The notes under the pieces are model-generated. The model was not told the DNA's origin. It saw only the letters and a list, made by a program, of their open reading frames with translations, and made no database searches. From assembly GCF_032062105.1 (NCBI RefSeq), contig NW_026918357.1, positions 62,001 to 126,000 on the forward strand: a stretch of DNA of 64,000 nt. The letters run 5' to 3'. Source of the stretch: Saccostrea cucullata (Eukaryota). Made by a program: the position numbers and the translations under genes. Positions 38,101-50,300 of this stretch are shown one piece after another (the stretch's first letter is position 1; each line of letters begins with the position of its first letter).

Positions 38101-40807
38101 ATTTCTGTTCATCGGTCTGACATTGACTACAAAGCCGATTAACATCCCATTTACAGCCAAGGTTTTATTTTCATGTTGAACACTGTAAAAAGACACACAT
38201 TATACAAATCAGCAACTCTGCAAGCAAGTAAAAAAAGTCCAAAAACTCCACATAATACTACACAAAAGTCCGAAATGACACCTGCAGCTCTTAATGGACT
38301 CTTACGAGGAGGGCTGACTTTTACAGTAAAATTTACGGCTTAATTTTACACCAGGGCTATCTCCAGAAGCTCTTTCACGAAACAAATATTTAGCTCAACA
38401 TTTAGTTTAACGAAAATGATGGTTTATTTCGAAACACAAATAAGTTTCCTTGAGGAAAACGACAACCACCCTAACCTCAACTCCCGGCCTTCACAGCTTA
38501 ATCCCAATAACACCATGCCTATTTGCATTAGAAAGATTTCCTCATTTATTATTAATTATGTATCTCTGTTTAAATGTCAAAGTAAACCGTCAACTGTAAA
38601 AGTTAATGCTTCTAGCAAAAGCCCAATTATTATAATAAATAGAAAGTCCTATCTTTATATAAAGTAACGAAACAAACAGAAAATATTTTGTTTTAGTAAG
38701 TCTGAATTTATCAAATTTAATACGCCTTATAGGACATTTTCGTGATTGACCAGCAGCAAAAACTCAACTGCAAAAAATCGATCGGGTCAAAGCAAAAAAG
38801 TAAAAAGAACGAAGTCGGGATTATGTATCCTCGCAAACCGTCACACCGGCCATTTGGTCCTTGTTATGATCGGACAATCGGAAAACTTATAATATTTCAT
38901 GTGAAAATAATGTCTCAACAATTTGTAGGGAAAATATCTATCATTATTGAATAATATGTTTTTGCTTACAATGATATTTTATCGACCATAGAGTCAGCTA
39001 AATGTTGACTAAACACGGGCAATATTTATTGAAGATGACAACCATCACTATTAAAGCTTAAAGTCTATCTAAACATTGTAAATAAAATGTTGAGTGAACA
39101 CTGATCTATTGATAAAAGAGATCAAATTCTATGGAGATGTAAGGATCCTCAAAACCAATAAATTCTAAAAAATAAATATGCCTAAATAAATAAATATAAA
39201 GAGTAACAAATACGAACCTAACAATGAATACATAACGCTTTTTATCCACAAAGTCTAATGGTCCGGATACTGAAATTATTCCATCAGCTGGATTTATATC
39301 GAATTTTCCTGGGCCTGCTCCGAAGAATTTATACACAATTGCATGACCATCCTTATCCACGGCATTCACGTCATAGATAACGGTTCCTGTTGTTGCGTTC
39401 TCATCCACAAATACAGTGACGTCGCGCGGATAAACAGTAGGGTCGGCTGCTAAAACACCTTAATTAAATACAATTTTTAAATGCATTCCTATTGTATAAT
39501 CATAACACTCAAATAAGCATTTCCAAAATTGCTTTGTTTAAAAAAATTCTGATTGTACATGTTGTATGTATACACGTCAAGTTCTCTGAAGTTGATGTTA
39601 ACAGATGCTTGGGTTTCTGATTGACAATATCTAATCAAGCAATAATATGGATTTTGGAGACCAGGTCTTTCAACAATCTATTAAAATTTCCATGCATAAA
39701 AAATTGCGCCCCGTTATTTGCAGACCTATTTTTTTATTTATATGAAGCAGAATTTGTCCAATTTTTTTTTTTACATGAAAAGAAGAAACACTTTCTGTGG
39801 CCTTCAACTCGACATTTAGATTTATGGACGACGTATTGTCAATATATAATAGTTCCATTCTAATGTACGTGAACACGATAATCCTCGTTAGATTGAGATA
39901 AAAGATACCACAGAGTCTGACACATCATTCTGTTTCATATTTAGATCTTTTACTGGATAATGACATTAATTGTTATCGTACAACAAAACTTTGACATCAA
40001 TATTTGTTATCTCACAACAACACTTTTAAGAAATAAATCGTGATGACTGTCTTTTCAATCGTCAACTTCCCTTACTTATGCAGCATTGTGTACCTTTGTC
40101 ACCTGCATACGGATTTTATATGTCTTAGTTGTACTGTAGAGTGTGTTCTCCTTAAGAACAATTTTTAAAACGATTTAAGTTAATGACAAACAAATTGATG
40201 AAGCAAGAATATCAACAATCATAATTTTTTTGAAAGGCATGTTTGATGGAGTTTTGAGCTCGAATACTGTTTGTTATCTCCGCATATTTCATGCCTTTCG
40301 TTATCTACTCATATTTGTCATATTTTGTCTATGCTTCTTCTCTGTTGCCCTCCCTGCCCCCCCCCCCCCCCCTCCTCAAGATCTCCATTTGATATTGTAT
40401 TTAAATTTCTTGACTATTTTTCTGCGTTAGAGATATAGAAACAATTCAATTGCAGTCTGATAGGATATGATATATAATTGTATTTAGTATATATTTGCCT
40501 CGGTCAATATCGATATTTTTCTGGAGAATAACAAACCATATTAAAACACCAAAAGAGTCCATAATTATATGTTATTATACTTGTATTTATTTATTGACTG
40601 GAATGCTTGGATATCCAATATAAAATTTGCTCAACTTAACTACAAACTTATTATTGATAAATGAGGTATATGCGTATAATTTAGTCTTAAAATTAACTTT
40701 AAAAGGGTCATTTTTAATTGAATCGGATTCAAATGAAATATATTTTACTTACTTGTTGCAGCGGATAACAAAGCCAAAAGGACAATAGTGAAATTATTAT
40801 GAGGCAT
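26138..40807 (-). CDS. Non-classical cadherin (protocadherin Fat4-like/CDH23-like type): signal peptide, 13 EC repeats, membrane-adjacent domain, TM, cytoplasmic tail; 21 coding exons
   Basis: Exon 1 40807-40753 (MPHNNFTIVLLALLSAAT), then approx. 39458-39218, 38182-38043, 37518-37205, 36706-36610, 36184-35943, 35474-35360, 35246-35004, 34787-34654, 34129-34033, 33820-33692 (GC donor), 33296-33162, 32965-32671, 32424-31918, 31832-30607, 30508-30232, 29702-29554, 29349-29142 (TM LGLILGIFFGLLLAVLAAIIIFYLVW-RRK), 28908-28745, 28356-28117, 26229-26138 (WVYEEDPDTQTRRWVRTPDGDPIFDVSRD*). LDRE/LDYE, DxD and DxNDN motifs recur throughout. Confidence 0.92.
26222..26950 (-). repeat. 31-bp minisatellite (~23 units) comprising the cadherin last-exon 3' splice site
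   Basis: Minus-strand unit ATTATTATCGTTTTACAGTTACAG|RCTGGGTCTAY. The last unit runs directly into the terminal exon. Confidence 0.9.
39560..40210 (+). mobile_element. Penelope-like retroelement RT fragment (decayed)
   Basis: NCAPLFADLFFYLYEAEF, degenerate FRYIDDVLSI, EIKDTTES..SYLDL. Confidence 0.75.
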
Positions 40808-42923
40808 CTTCCCATACAAATCTTAAATAATCATTTTGTTTGAGAATGAATATCAATCCTTTTTAAAGTAAAGAAATATTATTTTGCTCAACGCAAAGAA
40901 TTCTGTTTAAAATTCACCGACCTGGGATTTCAAATATTCAAATTAGTAATGGAATATTTTAAATCAATAGTGTTGAACTACAGATATAAATAAATTTAAA
41001 TTTACTGTCTAGTCAGAGTGTGTTCCGTGTATACGTAATGGCACTTAAAATCTGATTTATGCCAAAACAGATGTAAAATTCAGCATTGGAATTTGTTTAA
41101 TATAATTTTTGACATGCATAAAGTGATATTTAATAATTTAAAAAAAAAACAACAGTGAGAAAGAGTGGGTGAAATATGGCAATAATCAATGTAGGCTAGT
41201 GTAATTTATAAACTTCAAGTTTAAAAAAAAAATTCTTTATGTGTGTTTTAAAACTTTATAAAAAAAAATGTAACAATAATTATGATCTAATCTAAAGTTC
41301 TTTTTTTCAACTTGTCAATTCATTAAATCATTGACGTAATGGATTTATAAAAACTAACCTTATCAATTATGTCTCTACAAACCAGCAGAATTTAATGTTT
41401 GTCCATAAAACTAATAGATATCTATATCTTAACATATATAGCACATTTTTTACAGAATACTGAATGTTAAATTTTCAACTGCCTTTCGGATTTTATTTGA
41501 AAATACATAAAAAAGAGAACCTTGCTTCTCAAAATTCCGTTATTTTTTTCCACTAAACATGCTCAAATTTTTAGAAAATGTTGAGACACAAATAGTCCGA
41601 TAACAATCTTCGAAATCTTAATAACACTATTTAATTCTATCTCCGATTCTGACTCTAGGTTAGTGGGGCAATTGTGATATCATTAAATTATATTTGCTGA
41701 CGAGGCTGACACAAGGTTGTGGGCATTTAGCAGTTTATCTAGCTCAGATTTGGAGCAAATATCAAGTGGCAATCAATTATCTCCAAAAAAGTAAGCCAGA
41801 TTCCTCAATGTAATGAAGGAAGACATCATTTTCATCACATCATCACATACGTGCACTGGAACACCAGACCTCTGTGCGTTGTATTATATCTAAAATCTTT
41901 TTCTAACGTCTTGTAAAGTAAAAGCTTGATGTTTTCTTGTCTTTCACCAGACGGGCATCAAGCATGTTCCAGTCCACAGAAAATAATTAAAGATGCAAAA
42001 TTGGAACATTTTTGGAGAGAAGAAAAGAATATTCACACCAGGAAAACAAAATGCTTAATGCATGGGGAAAAGAAACAAAGTCAAAAAAGATTTCCAAAGG
42101 AAAGTATTGATGTTGACAATGGTGAACTGATAGAGCTTCTTAATGGAAACAAAGAAAAAATAGCGACAATAAGAAGAAGACATGAGAAAAGGGCCATGTC
42201 AGTAGACGTTGCATGTTTTCCTAACGGTTCAGAATCAAAGCCTTTAGGACATTTTCTTCATGTTTACCAAAGCAAGGTTGCCCGCTCGTTTTCACCGCAT
42301 TGAGATATGCCTGTTTGGGGTTTTTTTTTTCAGAATATATAGTAAAAGATGTGCTTTTGTATTCCAGAGATGCTCTGAAATTATTAGACTGTTTATGTTA
42401 GTGGGACAATTCAAAATAAACACATTCATTGTTGGACAATGCGCTTCAAGTCGACTCTTGTGACTAATTAATACGCAGGGATTTCTGTTTGTTATGTGAA
42501 ATGCGAATATTCTGAACCAAGATATTCAAAAAGTGCAAATATATTGTGTAACACTGCATTTAGCATTATTATTCCTATATCATTGTTATGTCCTAGGTAA
42601 GTAAAATACTTAACATAATTATCTTGGCGTCAGACAGTGCTAGATTTTGTTAAATATTTGGACAAATCGTTCAGTGGTATTTCTGTGATGACTTTATCTT
42701 TAAAACTTCAATCTTCAATGTAGTTATTTTAATTGTTAATATTATATTGAAAGGTTGAGAATAATTGGATTCTAAATATGCTTAACGCTCGCTATACCAA
42801 GCCGTGCATCCACGGACACAATGTTCCATTTTTTATACTTTTAATCCATTAATGCTTTAGGACTCAATTAAATTTTAATCAGGAAACATTAATTTAACCT
42901 TGATATGTAACCTGTATGATGAA

Positions 42924-42924
<1 letters not shown>

Positions 42925-42962
<38 letters not shown>

Positions 42963-44090
42963 TATAATGTTTTATATTTGAAAATTTTCATACATACAAA
43001 AGGACAAAAATACACTCACAAACACACCCTCACACACCACACACACTCTGTGCACCTATCCCAAAATACCAGCTTTTCATAATTACACCTAAAGTGATAA
43101 TTAAATTTTTTATATACGACAAATCAAATCAAACATTGCCCATTTACCAGACATTTTAGTTCTACAATGAAAATGTTCCTGTAATACTTAAAGATGTTAA
43201 TTGCTTCTGTAAATTTAGGTATAGTACATTGAGTTCTTGAGTAATACAAGTACTTTTTTCCTAACAAGATTAGAAAATTTTCCAAACAACTTCCTTCAAT
43301 ATTACCCAGCATCACCTATTCTTTTGAAATTACATGATCATTTTCAATAGCATGATACCAATTTTCAAAATCTTTCCAAAAGAGGTTACATGTTTACAGT
43401 CATAAAAAAGATGAATCAGTGTTTCTGGGTCTGTTTTACAGAAAGAACAAAAATTATTTTCAGCAATCTTTATCTTATGAAGAAAAGAATTTGTGGCAAG
43501 GAAGACCATAAGAATTTTATATTGAAAGTAAATTATTTGGTGTCTTTTGTGCAAATTGATGGAAAAATTCCCAGTGTTTTTCTGTAATGGGTTTACAATG
43601 TATTTAAATAAACTTCTTGGATTCTGGTGCCACAAAATTCTTATCTTTCATAATTTTATACAGAAATTTTATACTTGTCACAGACATCATTTTTTGTAAA
43701 ACACATTTCTCTGGTGCTGCAAATTGATTGCCTCTTTCTGTCATATAAACAGTTACTTCCCTTTTGACTCTTGCTGGTACTCATGATACAATACTGTATT
43801 AAAATAGTTTAAAAAATTATTAGTACCAACTATTTTTTAACATCCTTAAAACACTTAAATTTTCCATCATCTGACAACAAGTCTTTCAGTACTTTAAAAC
43901 CTTTTTCCACCCAAGTCGTGTAAAAACTCCATTTTTTAATATCAACAAAATTTCTAATATCAGTATATAAGTAATCTGTAGCACTCAAAGAATCCTTTTT
44001 AACAATTATAAGAGATTTTATAACATCTTTCCAAAAATCATTATCAATATAATTTTAAAATTCTGAGAGTTTTTCTTTGGTTAAGTTAAA
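42925..44090 (-). mobile_element. L1/Tx1-like LINE 3' fragment
   Basis: FQYKIL..LATNSFLHKIKI..CSFCKTDPETLIHLFYDC (zf-RVT-like). A-rich tail near 42925-42965. Confidence 0.75.
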
Positions 44091-44099
44091 AAATTTTTT

Positions 44100-44195
44100 A
44101 TTGTGTATTGTTTAATGTCCCTCTCGAGAATTTTTCACTCATATGGAGACGCCACCACTTGTAGGTGGAGAGCTACTGATTTTGTCCTTTACTTA
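44100..44195 (-). mobile_element. 3' fragment of the Meta-type SINE
   Basis: TCCCTCTCGAGAATTTTTCACTCATATGGAGAC identical to ~7038-7070. Confidence 0.75.
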
Positions 44196-44869
44196 GAATT
44201 CATTGAAATTACTGCGTCATTTTTTTTAAAACTCAGGGTAAACAGAATTTTTAAACACCTCTTTGTACTAAGCAATTTACATGAAGATATGTGTCATTTG
44301 TGCACAAATGCTTTTACTTGCGAGATGCTCTACATGAAATCAAGTTTGATAGTTTGATTGGCTTAATTCGATCAAAACAAATATTAACTTTTTAGGTTAT
44401 TGAAATGTAAACTCGCGAATTTTATAAGTCATAGTCATTGATAAAAAAGGAAAATCAATTCTTTAATCAGAGGAACAATAACCTTAATTCATTTGGAAAC
44501 TATATATGTATGATGTTTGAAATCTTGGGGATTCGTCTCGCACTTATTAGCTGAACATCTTATATGAAAAATGTCAGTCTACATTCAACTGGAGTACAGT
44601 TGCTTAAACAATAAAAATAATAGCAACTGAATTTCGCAGGTGCAATAAATCATGTTCTTTTTTGCTTTACAATGAATACCTAAAAACTCTCCGAAACATA
44701 ATTTGGAAGATTAATTATTTTTATTCAAAAAAAAAATATATATACGTTTTTAAAATAATAAATATAAACAATGTTTTTTTTTTTAATTCAACACAGTTTT
44801 AATTGAATACTTCTATGAAATATGTTGAGATGACGAACAGTATTTTAGCTCAAAAGTCCATTAAACAAC

Positions 44870-46030
44870 ACAAATTATGGCGTGGAGTAACAAGGACCTC
44901 TGAAACATCAAAGATGTGATCAGGTGACATGGAGGAGTGAGTATTCTGCCAACCGGTCACAACATGCGCTCCTTTTCATGAAAGTAACGAGAAAATACGC
45001 CGGCAATTCAATGTGTAAATAGAGGCTTAACAAGAAGTATGAAAAATGTCAGTCACCGTTTGTTTTAATGATGAATTGTATTTGCTGAAAAAGTCATTGT
45101 ATCGATAATAATAATAATAATAATAAAAAAAACTTTATTTAAAGAAGGTAACCTGGTTAGTGCATGCACTATTCTTCCCCAGGGCCCTCTATACATCAAT
45201 TACAAAAGATACAAGATACAATTATTCATTATATTATAGGGATTACAATCACAAATTGTGAATACAGTGTCCATGTACAGAAATATGACAATACAGAAAT
45301 ATGACAATCATAAACATATGCTCAAATAATTGAGCGACAGCTGATAATGTAATTTTCTACATTACGTTTAAATGCTTGTAAAGATTGAGAGAGTCTAATG
45401 TATTGTGGAAGTTTATTCCATAGATGTACACCTGAGTACTGAAAAGAGGTCTTGAATAAGTTTGTATGAGTTTGTATTAAAGGAGACTGCTGATATGCTT
45501 GTTTCATCAGCTGTTTGTCAATAACTTACCTCGTTTTAGAAATTGTTTGTAGGTTAAGCATACCTGTGTCATACTCTGGCATATCTATATATTTAATTGA
45601 GAAATATAAAACCCAATATGCAGGTGATAAGGGTACATTGGTGCATAAGTAAGGGAAGTTGACGATTGAAAAGTTTTAGGCACCATGTTTATCATTAAAC
45701 TTTTTTAGTAAAAGATCCAAAAATGAAACAGATGTGTCAGACTCTGTGGAGTCGTTTATTTCAAGCTTACCGGAATATATGTATATTATGTTGACATCAT
45801 AATGGAAGTAATAATTAGGGTTTTTATTTGTTTTTTTTACGTCGATACATATATATACGTCGATTGAGCTGAAGGTCAAATACTTGTAATATAAAATTTT
45901 GAACAATGAATACAAAAATAGATATGCTAGTAACTGGGCGCAATTAATATCCATGTGAATTCCAATAGATTGTTGGAAGACCTGGTCTACAAAAACCACA
46001 TAGATAATGTCGTCAGAATAAAAATGGCCA
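44870..46030 (-). mobile_element. Decayed Penelope-like element interrupted by a CR1/L2-type LINE 3' end (~45107-45505)
   Basis: QVFQQSIGIHMDINCAQLLAYLFLYS, EINDSTES..SFLDL. The insert encodes FKTSFQYSGVHLWNKLP..SLQAFK and has a (TTA)n tail. Confidence 0.7.
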
Positions 46031-46799
46031 TGTACACGTAACACTGCTTAAAAAATCCTACATTCCCAGACGTTGCTTAAACTTGTCGCAACTTAAATTA
46101 ATCTGTTTTCTTGAACTACTTTTGAATTAGAAATGTACATTTGTCCATTGCATTCAAAAATAGGATACTAGTACATTAAATTGAAAAAAAATAATAACAA
46201 CAAATCTTTAAAAATATTCAGACGCATGGCTCTAACGGAAAACATAAATATAACAGGAAATATGATATACAATATTCTTTGTTAATGTTATAAAATCAGC
46301 TTTTTTCCGATATACATGAATATACTGTAAAAAAAAAAAGGGTAGAAACTAGAACAACATTAAAAGTACAATAAAAAAATTAAATTTTAAGTATAAATTA
46401 TCTTATATATCTTTTTTTTTTCCTTTATGCAGGAGGAGTTTGGGAAATGAAAAAAAAAATCTTAAATAAGGTGAAATTGAATGAATTTATAGGGTTTATG
46501 AGAATTTTCAGAGCAATCTTTAGGAACCCAGCAGATTAAAAAAAAAATAAATTTAATTAAAAAAAATTGCATTATTTTCATTTAACTACGAGTCCACGCA
46601 AGTCTCAATTTGTTGACATCAATCCTGATAGTAGTGCTATTGAATATGATTATAGATCTTCCGAGGTATATCCCTTTCACATGCAACTGAGATCGCGGTC
46701 ATTTAAAATCCATTGCAATTTCACCATTTCGATAATATTTAAATTCCCTTCCCCGGCATTTTCTCTGTATAAGCCTGCATGCTTGGGTCGGTAACGGAT

Positions 46800-46881
46800 A
46801 GTATTTATAAACAAACCTTCCGTTGGCGAGGGAATCGATTTGGAAGAAAATATCTACTGCTTCATGGCGCATACAAATAAG
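46800..46881 (+). other. Probable 5' exon of the RBR gene, carrying an upstream ATG
   Basis: GC-richer segment ending AATAAG|GTATTT. A matching acceptor ataacag| lies at 47367/47368. The exon start is approximate. Confidence 0.5.
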
Positions 46882-47389
46882 GTATTTAGTAATATATTTC
46901 TATTTTATTATCCTATAATTAAGCACAAAGGTGCATTCGCTTTTAGTATTAAACTTTATACATTAGCACTGTTTCAAAGTTAGTACAAGTTGCGCAATAC
47001 AGTTTGAAATTTCACAAAGAAGGATCAAGAACGGTTACTTATCCTATTTTACAACTAATGCTCTTCATATATTGATACAAATACAGTAGTATTCTATTTG
47101 ATTCATTAACCTGCTTAACTGTTTGATTATTAAAGATTAATAAGATAAATATGGGGGAGCTTCTTAAATAAGAAAAAAACGGAAAATTAATGACTATTTT
47201 AGATTATACCTTTAACGTTTATTTAAATATCATACGAAATTATGATCTTTAGGTCTCTTTATTTCATAAAAATACTTGTGATTTGATAATAATGCTTTTA
47301 AAAATAGGCTAATATAGATTTTAAACTGTGATAGTTGTATTGAATTTATGCCATTATTTCATAACAGATAAGAAGCGGGAAATGTAAGG

Positions 47390-50300
47390 ATGGTAAACAA
47401 GACGGAACGCTGTGGAATAAGATCGGGGAATACCATGAAAAAGAATATCAGTAGATATTACAGTTCCAGGGATGGCTACATTGAGTTTAACACATACAAC
47501 AGGAATTATATTTACGGTATAGATTGTCTGGAGGATGAATTACCTGAATTGGACGACGGTTTACAAGACAATCCAGAACTAGACCAATATGGCGGTGGCT
47601 TAAACTCCTCAACCAAGGACAAAGAAGGTGTTCTGTTTTCTTTGAATAAACGGAAAAGGTGGGAATGTTCCGAAACCATCGATACTACGCCAAAGATTTG
47701 GTGGGAGGAAACATTGCGTGTAGTCGTCGTTGAGAGAAGGACAATTTTGACGTATGATGAGACGAGAATCCCACTGATACCCCCTCACTGGAACGACTGT
47801 GAAAGGTATCAGGACAGCAAAGCCCCTTTTACCGTAGTTCTACCAAATAAAGAACACGCGCCGTCCAGTTTCTCAGATCTTCGAAGAAAGTGTGTAGGGA
47901 GTGGAAAGGGAGGTAATTTATTGCCTCAAGTAAAGGAGAGAAAAAGATGGCGGCATAATCAGAAATGTCGACTAGGAATTCAACGAAAGTCGGAATTAAT
48001 ATCCCAGAAGCCAGCAGTCAACAATAGAAAACCATTCAAGACTAAAGAGTAGGGATACTTATATATGACTAGAAAAATATGAATTTGTCAATTTGAATCG
48101 GTTAAATAAAGAGTTAATTTACAAAAACAGAAGACAATGTTTACATAAAGAAAGTTTTTCGTTTACATTGCTCTTATTAAGAATTTTAAATGTAAATATT
48201 TAATTCACTAAGTGCGACGAAACCACATTTCAAATTTGAATAAAAGCTAAATATAAAGTAAAAAAATACTTATTTCTTGAAGAGTGGTTGACAAAGAACC
48301 ACATTATGTATAATTTTATATCTTCCTTTTGTGTAGGTTGTTAGCTGGTCTGGATGGAGAAATCCCAGAAGTTAGATACACAATCACCAAGCCAACATTT
48401 TCCTCACGTTTCCGACCACAGAGGTTTTTAGAATGGATGTTTTTAAGATCCCGGGGTAATTCGATGTCTTTACAGTCTTAAACTATACTGTCCGGTCTAT
48501 ATCCTGAAAGGAAAACAGACAAAGTTATTAATTTATTTTGTAATTTTTAATTTACTATGGGGAGGTAACCTAGTTACTTCAAAATTTACCACATGTTAGT
48601 ATAGGGTGTAGTTATAGGTTGTATACTTCATGCCTTTAGGATTCCGTTATTCTTCTTCTAGTAAAATCTTTACTAGTATTTATTCTTGTGTCTAAAAAGC
48701 GCAATATACGGGTTTGACATTAGCCATCAATGGTGTTTTTTTTTAATATCCATTTTTTTTTTAGCAAAAGCTTCAATTATTTTTTAAGAACTTCTTAATA
48801 TGTACATACACATATATTCAACAGAAAATGCTTTATTTTTCGTGAAATAGAATTTTTTTTTTATTTAAATTATTTTTAGAACTTGTACGGTACTCAAATG
48901 TACGAGTAGGAAGGCAACATCTATCGAAGAAAGCTATGTCAAAACAGAAAGGATGTGTGAATGGAAGAAAGACTAAACACTGGCATATATGGAACACCAA
49001 GGACACAGAGGAGTGTTTAATGATTGGATATAACACAGTTACTTCCTCTTCAGAGTCTTACGAAGTAGATACTACAGACAACAAAGAAATGATGGTTCAG
49101 GGGACTTCTTTTCCTAATTATGGGAAACAAATAATGTCTTTAGAAAAGAAATCGACATTCGATGTGAGCATAAAGGATCTGTTGAGGAAATATGTTGAGC
49201 AAAATAATAAAAGGCCAAAGGGAAAACGGACAAGAAAAAGATTTGATCCATTTAAAGCTAAAAATAACAAAGCTGATCTTGCTGCTGGGGATCAAAGAGA
49301 CCATGTTGTGTACCCGAGTGCAAAATCTGAAGATGTAAAGCGTGATGTAAATAGTGAGACCAAAGAAAATGTATCATTTACAAATGTTAATACAGAACCA
49401 CAAACATTTATAAACTGTGTGATGAAAAGGTCTGAGTTCGATGATTTTATGAGAAGTAGATTTGTGCAACTTTCAGAGAGTTGCTTTCCACCCATCATAT
49501 TCATTCCATTAGGTCATAATATCAACGGAAACTCCAAACATTTTACACAAGACAAACTTCCATCAGCGCTTCTGTTGCAAGAATCCACGAAATCAGTGGT
49601 GCATGATACTACACAACGCACAGGTATCTACAGGTAAGATAAGGATTCAGTATCTTTCGAATTATTTATTAATCATTTAAGAAATAAATGTCTATCTTTT
49701 TGGTTTCATGAGGTGATCAATCGAGTTGTTTGAGTGATAATTTGCATAAACGCAAAGTACCCATGATTAAAAAGAAACAGTTGATACCTTAAGTCCGCTT
49801 TAGTTGGGGTAGCTACTAGGATGTTCAAAAGTGCATAGGAATATTTTATAGACAACACATTGCCCCTGTGGAAATGCAGACAAATTGATTATTTCTTTTT
49901 CTTCAGATTGAAAATATATGCCGAAAATGAAATCTTATGGAATACATTGAATGAGAAAATAACAGCGTATCTTTCTAGCTGTGGTTCATCGCCATTTTCT
50001 CTTTGGGAATTCTACAATCTTTCAAAGAGCATAGTCAAAGAGGAACAACATTTAACAGAGGAGTGAGTGTTGAATCAACTGCGTTAACTAGTAAAAAAAT
50101 AAGTCAAGAAAAAAGTGAACAAAATATTTTTCTGTAATTTCTAGGAAACCAGTCTACGTAACAAAAGTGAGCAAGCCGCTTTTTGACTGGATGACCACGG
50201 TAACGTACAGGGTATCTACTATTGACCATGTCTATAGGTCACGCTTAAATCAACTAGAACTAAAGGTATGATGGTCATCTTTTTATCTCATTAACCATAA

